From assembly GCF_006345805.1 (NCBI RefSeq), contig NC_043025.1, positions 4,712,001 to 4,776,000 of the forward strand: a stretch of 64,000 nt of DNA, read 5' to 3'. A program made the translations under genes and the position numbers. A model generated the notes under the pieces. It had not been told where the DNA came from and did no database searches. It saw only the letters and a list, made by a program, of their open reading frames with translations. Shown in pieces: positions 38,431-50,845 of the stretch (its first letter is position 1; every line of letters begins with the position of its first letter). The stretch is from Octopus sinensis. Lineage: Eukaryota.

Positions 38431-39169
38431 GCCATGTACCAGCAGTTGATGGCTCACAGTCTGGCACCTGTCTGTGGACCACCACCTTGAGTAGCACCTC
38501 CTTGCTTCCTAAAATTCACCGACACTACGCCTGATATCCACCCCTCCATATGCATACACACGTCTATCGTGACTCATACACTGTTCATTTTTCTGACTTT
38601 TGTACATAATTCTATGTACTGTACATACATACACCGTTGATGAGTTGTAGTACACCTGAGCACTATATACAATAATTTCATTATTATTTTTAGAATAGGA
38701 ACAATAATAAACCTGAATCGTAGAATAAATATACAGTGCATGGGTGTATTTGGAAAGGAAAAACAAATGACCAGCCAGAAATATAACAATGTGGGTTTCA
38801 ACACAGGATTTCACATTCAGAGATCCAGCAAAATATATAAATGTATAAAAGAAAAAAAAGAAAAAAAAAACAGAACTACATCACCAAGGAAACAGAGAAA
38901 AGGCAAATAAGAAAGGGGGAAGGAGGGGGGAAAGAAGAGGGGGGAAATGAGAAGGAGATGGGAGGAGATGGGGAGTAACAGGTTGTACACCCCTGGATCA
39001 ATTGTGATGCTCAGCCACACCTTGTGGACAGATTTAATTACAAAGGTGTTGCCCCACCCCTGAAAACAGAAAGGGCCAGTGACAGCCACCCAACTTCGCC
39101 TGAGGTCTGGGAGGACGGGGTGGGGGGTCGGGTGGAGGTTGGGAACCCATTTTTCAGTTATGATACATA

Positions 39170-39529
39170 GGCGTAGGAGTGGCTGTGTGGTAAGTAGCTT
39201 GCTTACCAACCACATGGTTCCGGGTTCAGTCCAACTGCGTGGCACCTTGGGCAAGTGTCTTCTACTATAGCCTTGGGCCGACCAGAGCCTTGTGAGTGGA
39301 TTTGGTAGACGGAAACTGAAAGAAGCCCGTTGTATATATGTATATATATATATGTATAGGCGCAGGAGTGGCTGTGTGGTAAGTAGCTTGCTTACCAACC
39401 ACATAGTTTCGGGATCAGTCCCACTGTATGGCACCTTGGGCAAGTGTCTTCTGCTATAGCCTCGGGCCGACCAATGCCTTGTGAGTGGATTTGGTAGACG
39501 GAAACTGAAAGAAGCCCGTCGTATATATG

Positions 39530-39562
<33 letters not shown>

Positions 39563-39770
39563 TTGTGTGTCTGTGTTTGTCCCGCCCAACATCGCTTGGC
39601 AACCGATGCTGGTGTGCTTACGTCCCCGTAACTTAGCGGTTCGGCAAAAAGAGACCGATAGAATAAGTACCAAGCTTACAAAAGAATAAGCCCCGGGGTC
39701 GATTTGCTCGACTGAAAGGCGGTGCTCCAGCATGGCCGCAGTCAAATGACTGAAACAAGTAAAAGAGAAT
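39170..39770 (+). mobile_element. SINE family A with two tandem heads
   Basis: Heads at ~39170 and ~39359, then the 3' half. Confidence 0.85.
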
Positions 39771-39829
39771 ACTTGAAGGCAAGTCACAAGAAAACATGTC
39801 AGAAAAAGCGAGAGGAAAAACGAAAAAGA

Positions 39830-39867
<38 letters not shown>

Positions 39868-40129
39868 AACAGTTGTGATGGAACAAAAGGTTGAGAGAAT
39901 GATTTAAATCAAATCCAAACCGCTCCCTACACACACACACACACACACACACACATGCTACACACCTCTACAGCAATCTGAAGTAAATCAATATCTGTTC
40001 TGGGAAGCCTTTGAAATTTCTAATCTGGTTTAATGCTTGTCCTATATTGTGAGCTCTTATGGCTGGTTTATTGTGACATGGACGAAATTGGGTACAAATC
40101 AATTATTTATAAATATGTGGGTACACACA

Positions 40130-40730
40130 CACACACACTCAGTCACATATACATGCACTGATACGTGCACACAGATGGACTGACACAGACAACACACAGA
40201 TAGGCAAACACACACACAACTCACATGCAAACACACACATGGACATAGATTTTTTACACACACACACACACAAACTCATAGCAAACACACATACACACCA
40301 CATATAGACAGACAGGCAAGCACACACACACACACAGAATGACACACAACACAAAGACTAACACATACATATACACCACACAAACTGACACACACACACA
40401 CATAAACACACAAATGGACTGACACACACAACACAGACTGACAAACACACATACATACACACACAGACTGACAAACACACACAGGCTAACACACACATAC
40501 ACACACACAGACTGACACACATACACACACACAGACTGACACACATACATATTCACCACACAGACAGACTGACACACAACTCAGGCAAACACACATGTAC
40601 ACACACAGACTTATACATGCACATATATAACACACCAACAAGCAGACTGATACACACACACACACACACACACACACACCACATATGGACAGACTGGCAC
40701 TTTCTCTCTCTCACACACACACACACTTTC
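40130..40730. repeat. (CA)n-based compound microsatellite
   Basis: Direct reading. Confidence 0.9.
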
Positions 40731-41396
40731 CAAGACAATTCTTCCAAGAAAGCTTCTACGGAATCAGTTTATCTTAATATTGGTTCCGAATTTTGACACA
40801 ATGCCAACAATTTTAGGCAAGTTGTTAAGTTGATTACATCGATCCCCAGTGCACCACTGGTACATGTTTTACTGACCCCGAAAGGATGAAAGACAAAGTC
40901 AACTTCAGCAGGATTTGAACTCAAAATGTGAAGATGGGCAAAACGTCACAAAGTATTTTCCCCGAAATGTTACTGTTTCTGCCACCTCACTGCCTTAGGG
41001 TGGGTAAATGTAGATTTTGAATTTTGGCACAAAGCCTTTTGTACATGTGTGCATGTGAGTGTGTCACTCCAACCATTTGATAACCAGTGTTAGTTCATTT
41101 ATGTCCCCTGTAATGTAGCTCCCAGACCAACCAAAGCTTTGTGAGCGAATGTGGTAGATGGAAACTAAGTCGAAGCTCTCCGTGTGCACGTGTGTGTTTG
41201 TCCCCCCCGCCACCATTGCTCAACAACCAGTGGTGGATTGTCTACGTCTCCATAACTTAGCACTTTGGCAAAAGAGACTGAATCAGTACTAACATACTTA
41301 AATAAAATAAAACAAAACAAAAAATAAGTACTGCCCCAGCTTGGGCATGGTCAAATGATGGAAACATAAAGTAAGAGAAAAAGCATAAAAGATTCC

Positions 41397-41870
41397 TTAA
41401 TCCTTTCATTACTGTATTTATTTTGAGATGTTCTTTGTTTCTTCCAATTACTTTAAATATAACAAAGAATTTAGTAAAATAACTTAGTTATCATTAAGCT
41501 AGTGTTAGGAACATAAATTGTGACTAGGGTTTGGTGGAAGATTTTAATTCAAAACTTATGGAAACAAGACATTTGTACTACAGAGCCAGAGTGGTTTCAG
41601 CCAGGTTGGTATCAAAAGGGTTAAAAATATCATGGTGACTTTAACCCTTTTGTTCCCTTATATCTGTTGAGATGTTCTGTGTTTCTTTCAATTAATATTA
41701 AATATAACAAAGAATATAGTAAAATAACTTAGTTATCATTAAGCTAGTGTTAGGAACATAAATTGTGACTAAGGATTGGTGGAAGATTTTAATTCAAAAC
41801 TTATGAAAACAAGACATTTGTACTAAAGAGCCAGACCCAGTTTCAGCCGGGTTGGTAACGAAAGGGTTAA
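41397..41870. mobile_element. Two adjacent copies of TTAA MITE B
   Basis: TTAA-bounded copies at 41397-41624 and 41641-41870, both inverted relative to 4793-5021. Confidence 0.85.
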
Positions 41871-42388
41871 GCACACATCGTACAATGGCCACCTTTGTAC
41901 GGTAGATGGGTGGAGTACTGAAGAATTCACGACTGTTTTCTTAGCTGAGGGTGTTGAGTGTTGAATGAGAAAGCCAGGAACAGGAGTGGAATGAACAAAC
42001 ACATGGACACAATACTTACAAGCTCAACAAATGAGTCACCAAGTATGTGTTACAACAACTGAAGGAGCAGTGATATTTTCCTCAAATCACGCCCACAGCT
42101 CTAGATAAACGGCAGTAGGTTATGAAGTTCTAGATAATCTAATGGTGCAATGGAAATAGAATAGTGACAGTGATAATGTGTGCGTGATTGTAAACTCTGC
42201 TGGATTAGTTTGATCTAGGTTAAACAACTAGTAAATGCTTCCTCAACAGAAGAAAGATAGAAAAAATAAATTAATATTGACTGTACTACAATTGTCAGAC
42301 TTTGAATTTTATATTCATCAAAATGCATTTATCAAACAAAAACTGCATTACATAATGCATTCACATTTGCCAGCAGTCACATGCTCAA

Positions 42389-42423
<35 letters not shown>

Positions 42424-42424
<1 letters not shown>

Positions 42425-42965
42425 GAGGCGCAATGGCCCAGTGGTTAGGGCAGTGGACTCGCGGTCGTAGGATCGCAGTTTCGATTCCCAGACCGGGCGT
42501 TGTGAGTGTTTATTGAGCGAAAATACCTAAAAGCCCCACGAGGCTCTGGCAGGGGCTGGTAGTGATCCCTGCTGTACTCTTTCACCACAACTTTCTCTCA
42601 CTCTTACTTCCTGTTTCTGTTGTACCTGTATTTCAAAGGGCGAGATTCCCAGACCGGGCGTTGTCAGTGTTTATTGGGCGAAAACACCTAAAAAGCTCCA
42701 CGAGGCTCCGGCAGGGGATGGTGGTGATCCCTGCTGTACTCTTTCACCACAACTTTCTCTCACTCTTACTTCCTGTCTCTCTTGTACCTGTATTTCAAAG
42801 GGCCGGCCTTGTCACTCTCTGTGTCACGCTGAATATCTCCGAGAACTACGTTAAGGGTACATGTGTCTGTGGAGTGCTCAGCCACTTACACGTTAATTTC
42901 ACGAGCAGGCTGTTCCGTTGATCGGATCAACCGGAACCCTCGTCGTCGTAACCAACGGAGTGCTT
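42424..42965 (+). mobile_element. SINE family D with 160-bp internal duplication and tail T1
   Basis: tRNA head ggaggcgcaatggcccagtggttagg..gtttcgattccc. attcccagaccgggcg occurs at ~42485 and ~42645. Tail matches ~160-342. Confidence 0.8.
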
Positions 42966-42989
42966 CCTCCTAATAATAATAATAATAAT

Positions 42990-43343
42990 AATGGAATGGT
43001 TGTATACTGTCAATCTAACGTGAACCTGACAGTAGGGGGTTACACCACCGCTATTTAGCCCTAGGCAGCATCGACGCTTCCTGCTGGCTTTGACACATTT
43101 TTCCTGTGTCCTTATATACATTTACGAAGGGGAGACAAACACCCCCAGCAGCCCTTCGTAAATGTATATAAGGACACAGGAAAAATGTGTCGAAGCCAGC
43201 AGGAAGTGTCGATGCTTCCTAGGGCTAAACAGCGGTGGTGTAACCCCCTACTGTCACGTTCACGTTAGATTGACAGTATACAACCATTCTATTGCCCCAC
43301 CACCGTACATGTCTCTACGAGAGATTTAGAAATTTAATATTTC
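42990..43343. mobile_element. Unclassified fold-back element, copy 2
   Basis: Arms ~42993-43132 and ~43152-43292 are reverse complements. The right arm has ~50 bp extra. (AAT)n on both sides. Confidence 0.7.
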
Positions 43344-43380
<37 letters not shown>

Positions 43381-44032
43381 TAATTAATTCGTTTATTGGC
43401 CACAAGGGCTGACAAAGATCAATTATCACATAAAGGGACAAAACAGGACGAACGGTTACAAAGGGTTTTGTCCGTTTGTGAAAAATCCGAGTAAAAACAG
43501 TTTAACAACGAAAGATTATAACAATGAAAATCTCCCAAAAGGGGGAGGCGTTACGAAAGGTTCCTGGTGGAAAAAAACCCATAAAAGCCAACGGGAGCCT
43601 GGTCAAAAAAAAGGGGAGGTAGAGAGCCCCTTTCTCCTTTTATATTACCTTTTTAAATCACAGGTGTAACCTCAGAATGGCTCCTTTCATACTGGCCATT
43701 CTTGCGACATTTATCCACCTTTCATTATATAATTAATTCGTTTATTGGCCACAAGGGCTAACAAAAATCAATTAAAACATAAAGGGACAAAACAGAGGAC
43801 GAAAGCTACAAAGGGTTTTGTCCGTTTGAAAAAAGCCCGTATATAAAAGCAGGATGACAACAAAATATAAGTAACAATTAAAGCTCCGAATAGGGGGAGG
43901 CGCTTCGAAAGGTTACTCGTGGAAAAGCCCATAAAAGCTACGGGAGCCTGGTCAAAAGGGGAGGTAGAGAGCCCCTTTCTCCTTTTATATTTCCTTTTAA
44001 TTTTTCACAGGTGTATCCTCAGAATTGGCCGT
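43381..44032 (-). mobile_element. Two tandem 5'-truncated Tx1 3' ends from related subfamilies
   Basis: tttattggccacaagggct at ~43392 and ~43741 matches 23266 onward. Copies span ~43381-43726 and ~43730-44032 and include the ORF2 stop (ILRLHL*). Confidence 0.85.
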
Positions 44033-44033
44033 C

Positions 44034-44315
44034 CTGATGCAGTACCAGACAGTGGCTCTCATGGCTTCTGATCTTAACTGATTGGAAGTGTCATCATGTA
44101 CATTGTTTTGTCTTGGTATAAAAGATGGGATATAGCAAATATTCTGCTCAATATCACGGATTTGCTTGTCAGTTGTTTGACCGTAACCAGTTGAGCATGT
44201 CCCTTGGTGGCTGACGATATGTGCATCTCTGATCACAAGCAGAAGAAGTGGGGGAGCATCATAGCCATGTGTTGAGAGGGATTCTTTAGGGTTTGAATAA
44301 TTCACCTCTGGAAAC
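44034..44315. mobile_element. Partial copy of the unclassified 33895-35172 repeat
   Basis: ctgatgcagtaccagacagtggctctc..cacctctggaaaca. Confidence 0.75.
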
Positions 44316-44874
44316 ATATACACACACACACACACACAACAACAGGTGGAAATTGGTTTATTCACCCACACCTGGTGCTTTACTATTTAGGTACCTAATT
44401 CACTTACAAAAGTGACAATAAAACAAGTACCAGTTTAACAAAACAAACAAAATAAGTACCAAGGTCAATTTGTTTGGCAAAGCCCTTCAAAGCATCACTG
44501 CAGTCCAATGATTGAAACAAGAAGATACACACACACACACACACACACACATACACACATGTATATTTATATATGTATGTATGCACTTTGAAGGAGTGCA
44601 TCAGTTACGACACTGTTACCATAGTAATGGATATGACAACATTGTATAACCATTGTATGAATACTAAAATACACCAATGAGTGTTACGCAATTTCTGAAT
44701 ATCTGACAACGCAATCGGATCAGATTTTGTTTACATAACTAATATTCAATGTTAATGAAACATGCATAAAGTGATGCAACTAAACATTATATAAACAAAC
44801 TCTGGTATTTCTACCAGGTCTAGCTACCATGTAGAGGTCTCATTCATTGGCTTATACATATATACATACATAAG

Positions 44875-45746
44875 ACAGTACTCTTTTACTTGTTTCAGTC
44901 ATTTGACTGTGGCCATGCTGGAGCACTGCCTTTAATGGAGCAACTCGACCCCGGGACTTATTCTTTGTAAGCCCAGTATTTATTCTATCGGTCTCTTTTT
45001 GCCGAACCGCTAAGTAACGGAGACATAAACAACACACCAGCATCGGTTGTCAAGCAATGCTAGGGGGACAAACACAGACACACAAACACATACACGCATA
45101 TATATATATATATAAAGTTGTAAGAAAAAATTGATAACATTCTTCAGACATATTGACTCAAATATATATTTTTTAACCTTTTAAAACAAGCCTTCTGTAG
45201 TTTTTTCACTTTTTACTATACGACGGGCTTCTTTCAGTTTCCGCTCACAAGGCTTTGGTCGGCCCGAGGCTATAGTAGAAGACACTTGCCCAAGATGCCA
45301 CGCAGTGGGACTGAACCCGGAACCATGTGGTTGGTAAGCAAGCTACTTACCACACAGCCACTCCTGCACCTATAAATATATATATACATATATACGAAAG
45401 GCTTCTTTCAGTTTCCGTCTACCAAATCCACTCACAAGGCTTTGGTCGGCTCGAGGCTATAGTAGAAGACATTTGCCCAAGATGCCACGCAGTGGGACTG
45501 AACCCCGGAACCATGTGGTTGGTAAGCAAGCTACTTACCACACAGCCACTCCTGCACCTATAAATATATATATATACATATATATGATGGGCTTCTTTCA
45601 GTTTCTGTCTACCAAATCCACTCACAAGGCTTTGGTCGGCCCGAGGCTATAGTAGAAGACACTTGCCCAAGATGCCACGCAGTGGGACTGAACCCGGAAC
45701 CATGTGGTTGGTAAGCAAGCTACTTAGCACACAGCCACTCCTGCGC
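44875..45746 (-). mobile_element. SINE family A with three heads, bracketed by a 65-bp direct repeat
   Basis: Heads at ~45220, 45394 and 45585. Direct repeat at 44747-44811 and 45747-45811. Confidence 0.85.
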
Positions 45747-46034
45747 CAATGTTAATGAAACATGCGTAAGGTGATGCAACTAAACATCATATAAACAAAC
45801 TCTGGTATTTCGTCTTATTCTCTCTCTCTCTACACTTACTCACAAGACAGCTGCAAGATTACCTTGCAGGATTTGAATGCCACGTCTGCTCTAAGTTATA
45901 TTGATGCGTTGACCTCTATCCATATCAAAGTAACATCACAGCCTTGATTGTTTAAATTAAGAGACTTAACCTAAGCGGCTAAGATTAAATACCGAAGGCT
46001 TGTCAACAGGATCTCAGTCCACAGTGTTGAGATA

Positions 46035-46795
46035 AAGTGTGTGTGTGCGTGTGTGTGTGTATATATGTGTGTGTGTATATATATGTGTGCATGTGTATAT
46101 ATGTGTGTGTGTGTATATATGTGTGTGTGTGTATATATGTGTGTGTGTGTATGTGTGTGTGTTTGTATATGTGTGTGTATATATGTGTGTGTGTATATAT
46201 GTGTGTGTGTGTATATGTGTGTGTGTTTATATGTGTGTGTGTATATATATGTGTGTGCGTGTGTATATATGTGTGTGTGTATATATATATATGTGTGTGT
46301 GTATGTGTGTGTGTGTATATATATGTGTGTGTGTATATATGTATGTCTGTATATATGTGTGTATATGTGTGTGTGTGTATATATATATATATGTGTGTGT
46401 ATATGTGTGTATGAGTGTGTATATATGTGTGTGTGTGTTTGTATATGTGTGTATATATATGTGTGTGTGTGTATATATATGTGTGTGTGTATATATGTGT
46501 GTGTATATATATATGTGTGTATATATATGTGTGTGTGTATATATATATGTGTGTGTGTGTATATATGTGTGTGTGTGTATATATATGTGTGTGTGTGTAT
46601 ATATGTGTGTGTGAGTGTGTATATGTGTGTGTGTGTGTATATATGTGTGTGTGAGTGTGTATATGTGTGTGTGTGTGTGTATATATATGTGTGTGTGAGT
46701 GTGTATATGTGTGTGTGTGTGTATATATATGTGTGTGTGAGTGTGTATATATGTGTGTGTGTGTGTATATATGTGTTTGCGTGTGTGTGTGTGTA
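46035..46795. repeat. (TG)n/(TA)n compound microsatellite
   Basis: Direct reading. Confidence 0.95.
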
Positions 46796-46864
46796 ACTTT
46801 AAAGAGCATCAAGTAGTGAGGTACTTGTTCAGAAGTTCCAGGGTTTTTGAGGAGTGCAGCATCA

Positions 46865-47880
46865 CCACTTAGGTGTTTCGCTCATAAACACAAACATCAC
46901 CCGGTCTGAGATTCGAACCTGTGATCCCTCAACCACAAGTCCACTGCTCTAACCACTAGGTCATGTGCTTCCACAATGTTCCTTCTTGAGCCATGCCGGA
47001 CTCATAAGGGCCGGTTTTCCGGTTTCCTTGGTGTATAGGCTCCCCACCTGGACTGGACGCCGGTCCATCGCAGGTGAGCTGCAAGATGCAGGAGGAAAGA
47101 GTGAGAGAAAGTTGTGGCGAAAGAGTCAGCAGAAGTGTTGCCATTACCTTCTGCCGGAGTCCGCGTGGAGCTTAGTGTTTCGCTCATAACACACACATCG
47201 TCCGGTCCTGAGATTCGAACCCGTGATCCCTTGACTGCGAGTCCGCTGCTCTAACCACTAGGCCATGTGCTTCCACAATGTTCCTTCTTGAGCCATGCCG
47301 GACTCATAAGGGCCGGTTTCCCGGTTTCCTTGGTGTATAGGCTCCCCACCTGGACTGGATGCAGGTCCATCGCAGGTGAGCTGCAAGATGCAGGAGGAAA
47401 GAGTGAGAGAAAGTTGTGGCGAAAGAGTCAGCAGAAGTGTTGCCATTACCTTCTGCCGGAGTCGCGTGGAGCTTAGGTGTTTCGCTCATAAACACACACA
47501 TCGTCCGGTCTGAGATTCGAACCCGTGATCCCTTGACTGCGAGTCCGCTGCTCTAACCACTAGGCCATGTGCTTCCACAATGTTCCTTCTTGAGCCATGC
47601 CGGATTCATAAGGGCCGGTTTCCCGGTTTCCTTGGTGTATAGGCTCCCCACCTGGACTGGACGCCGGTCCATCGCAGGTGAGCTGCAAGATGCAGGAGGA
47701 AAGAGTGAGAGAAAGTCGTGGTGAAAGAGTCAGCAGAAGTTTCGCCATTACCTTCTGCCGGAGCCGCGTGGAGCTTAGGTGTTTCGCTCATAAACACACA
47801 CATCGTCCAGTCTGAGATTAGAACCCGCAATCCCTCGAACGCGAGTCTGCTGCTCTAACCACTAGGCTATGTGTCTCCAC
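46865..47880 (-). mobile_element. Head-to-tail array of a 302-bp SINE family D unit (~3.3 copies)
   Basis: Period 302 (46956/47258/47560). Each unit has a tRNA head (tggcctagtggttagagc..gggttcgaatc), the D central block and a cctgcgatggac..gaaaccgg tail. Confidence 0.85.
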
Positions 47881-48227
47881 CTGTAAAGGACTTATCGCGT
47901 ACCAAACTGGTGAGCTGTTTCGAGAGAAATGTTGTTATCCTAGTCACCCATATGCCACAGGCCTACCCACCTGGCCAGCAGGGTGGCTTCATTCAAATGG
48001 TATAACTTTGGTCATCCCTAGGCTAAAGCAGAAGATACCTGCCCACTGGTGACCAGTGGCATGTAACAACATCCAATAATCTTGTTAGTACAGTAATACA
48101 ATGAGGTCATACATATACTCTTTTACTCTCTCTCTCTCTCTCTTTTACTTGTTTCAGTCATTTGACTGCAGCCATGCTGAAGTACTGCCTTTAGTTGAGC
48201 AAATATGGACTCCCAGTAGTCCTAATT

Positions 48228-48825
48228 GGAAGAAGAAGAAGAAGGTGAAGGAGAAGAAGAATTGGAGGAAGAAGGTGAAGAAGAAGAAGAAGGTGAAGAA
48301 GAAGGTGAAGAAGAAGAAGAAGGTGAAGAAGAAGAAGGTGAAGAAGAAGAAGAGAAGAAGAAGAAGAAGAAGAAGGTGAAGAAGAAGAAGGAAAAGAATT
48401 GGAGGAAGAAGAAGAAGGTGAAGAAGGTGAAGAAGAAGAAGGTGAAGAAGGTGAAGAAGAAGAAGGTGAAGAAGAAGAAGAAGAAGAAGAAGGTGAAGAA
48501 GAAGAAAGGTGAAGAAGGAGGTGAAGAAGAAGAAGAAGAAAGGTGAAGAAGAAGGTGAAGAAGAAGAAGAAGGAGGTGAAGAAGAAGAAGGTGAAGAAGA
48601 AGGTGATGAAGAAGAAGAAGGAGGTGAAGAAGAAGGTGAAGAAGAAGAAGAGGAAGAAGGTGAAGAAGAAGAAGAAGAAGAAGGTAAAGAAGAAGATGAA
48701 GAAGAAGGAAAAGAATTGGAGGAAGAAGGTGAAGAAGAAGGTGAAGAAGGAGAAGAAGAAGAAGAAGAAGAAGAAGAAGAAGAAGAAGAAGAAGAAGAAG
48801 GTGAAGAAAAAGAAGAAGACTGGGA
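48228..48825. repeat. (GAA)n/(GAAGGT) polypurine tract
   Basis: Direct reading; the aagaattggaggaagaag variant recurs three times. Confidence 0.95.
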
Positions 48826-48924
48826 AATGATGACAAGGAAAGCAACATCAAAGAAAATGACAACAATGAAAGTGATAACAATGACAAACAGCTATGATGA
48901 CAGAGGCAAGGATCAATCATAAGG

Positions 48925-49151
48925 ACAACGAAAACAACAACAACAATACTACTACTACTACTGATAATAATAATAATGATAATAATAATAATAATGATAA
49001 TAATAATAATAATAATGATAATAATGATAATAATAATAATAATAATATAATGATAATGATAATAATAATGATAATAATGATAATAATAATAATGATAATA
49101 ATAATAATAATATTATTATTAATAATAATAATGATAATAATAATAATAATG

Positions 49152-49194
<43 letters not shown>

Positions 49195-49205
49195 TAATAA
49201 TAATG

Positions 49206-49266
<61 letters not shown>
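48925..49266. repeat. (AAT)n/(GAT)n microsatellite
   Basis: Direct reading. Confidence 0.95.
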
Positions 49267-49268
<2 letters not shown>

Positions 49269-49952
49269 TGATGACCTTTGAAACAAGAAGAAAGAAACAA
49301 AAGCCAGGATGTAGAATGTTATAAATGTCAGTTTATAAGATTTAAGTTTAACTGGTATTATATTAATTAGTTGTGGAAAATGTCAGTTAAAACCAGGAGT
49401 AAGCAGGTTATTGGATGGTGTTGAAAGATCAGGATAACAAGAAATTAAAAGGTTGGTTGCAGGCATGGCGATGTGGTTGAGAAGCTTGCTTCCCAACCGT
49501 GTGGATCCGGGTTCAATCTCACTGTGGCTCTGTGGGCACTGAGGGCAGGTATCTTCTGGTGTAGCCTAGGGATGGCCAAAGCCTTGTGAGTGGATTCGGT
49601 AGATGGAAACTGGGAGAAGCCCATTGTGTGTGTATATGTGTGTGTGTCTGTGTGTGTGTGTGTGAGTATGTGTATGTGTGTGTGTATGAGTGTGTGTGTG
49701 TGTGTGTGTGAGAGTGTGTGTGTGTGTGAGTTTGTGTGTGTGAGTGTGTGTGTGTGAGAGAAAGTGTGTCTGTGTGTGTGTGAGAGTGTGTGTACGTGTG
49801 TGTGTGTGTGAGAGTGTGTGTGTGAGTGTGTGTGCGAGAGTGTGTGTGTGTGTGTGTATGAGTGTGTGTGTGTGTGTGTATGATGGCTTCTCCCATCAAA
49901 GACAATGTATGAACGTTCAGCTTTTGCCAAATGACTTGCAGCACATTCATCT

Positions 49953-50390
49953 CATCATCATCATCATTGTTCGACCGTGGTCGAGATATTTACCATGCTA
50001 CGCCAGACTTCACGGTCCATCATAGCATTCAGTCACTGAAGATCCAACTCATAACTGCCAAGAAGAATCTTGATGAGGCTTACTTGAACGCCGAGATCAA
50101 CTTTATCAACGGCAAAATTAGCAAACTATCCAAAGAGCACATTAGTAAAAAAATACCATCTCGCCTGGAAATCCATCAAAGACGTATCAGGCAAAAATTC
50201 TGGGTCATCAATTAATATTAAAGGGGGATCAGCTAAGAAGCGTTTAGAAAATTGGTCAACTCATTTTGAAAACCTTCTTAGGAAGAATGCCAAAATCCCT
50301 GATAACGCCACTCTCCCAAGTGTGCCTATATCAGACACGCTGGACATTAACACCTCCCCTTTTACCATATTTGAACTAAACAACATTTAT
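49953..50390. mobile_element. RTE-like insertion with internal inversion
   Basis: 49953-50029 is the 3' end on the minus strand (matches 31163-31250). 50030-50390 on the plus strand encodes a pre-RT linker (..WKSIKDVSG..ENWSTHFENLL..INTSPFTIFEL). Confidence 0.65.
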
Positions 50391-50543
50391 CTCACTCCCT
50401 CCATCAAACTGATGCTGTCTGAACAGGAGCACAGTGTGCCATGTGCCAGGTGTCGAAGTGATCACAGAGCAATGTGAGATGAAGTGTCTTGCTCAAGATC
50501 ACAATGCCCCACCAGTTCTAAGAATTGAAATCACAATCAATCA

Positions 50544-50589
<46 letters not shown>

Positions 50590-50616
50590 TATATAATATA
50601 TATATATATAATATAT

Positions 50617-50845
50617 CTCTTTACTACCCACAAGGGGCTAAAACAGAGGGGACAAACAAGGACAGACAAACGGATTAAGTCGATTACATCGGCCCCAGTA
50701 CGTAACTGGCACTTAATTTATCGACCCCAAAAGGATGAAAGGCAAAGTCGACCTCGGTGGAATTTGAACTCAGAACACAGCGGCGGACGAAATACTGCAA
50801 AGCATTTCGTCCAGCGTGCTAACGATTCTGCCAGCTCGCCGCCTT
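50617..50845 (-). mobile_element. SINE family C with Tx1-like tail
   Basis: ttactacccacaaggggctaaaacagaggggacaaacaaggacagac..gccagctcgccgcc. Confidence 0.85.

Noticed and set aside
42013-42245. Possible minus-strand exon with a gtaagt donor at 42019
   Set aside because: Every acceptor and frame tried contains stops.
45838-45960. Strong minus-strand donor (gtgagtaagt) suggesting an exon
   Set aside because: No convincing acceptor, and only a short unrecognised frame.
46865-47880. Functional tRNA genes in SINE heads (also 42424 and 18)
   Set aside because: A and B boxes are present, but there is no complete acceptor stem or oligo-T terminator, and they continue into SINE bodies.
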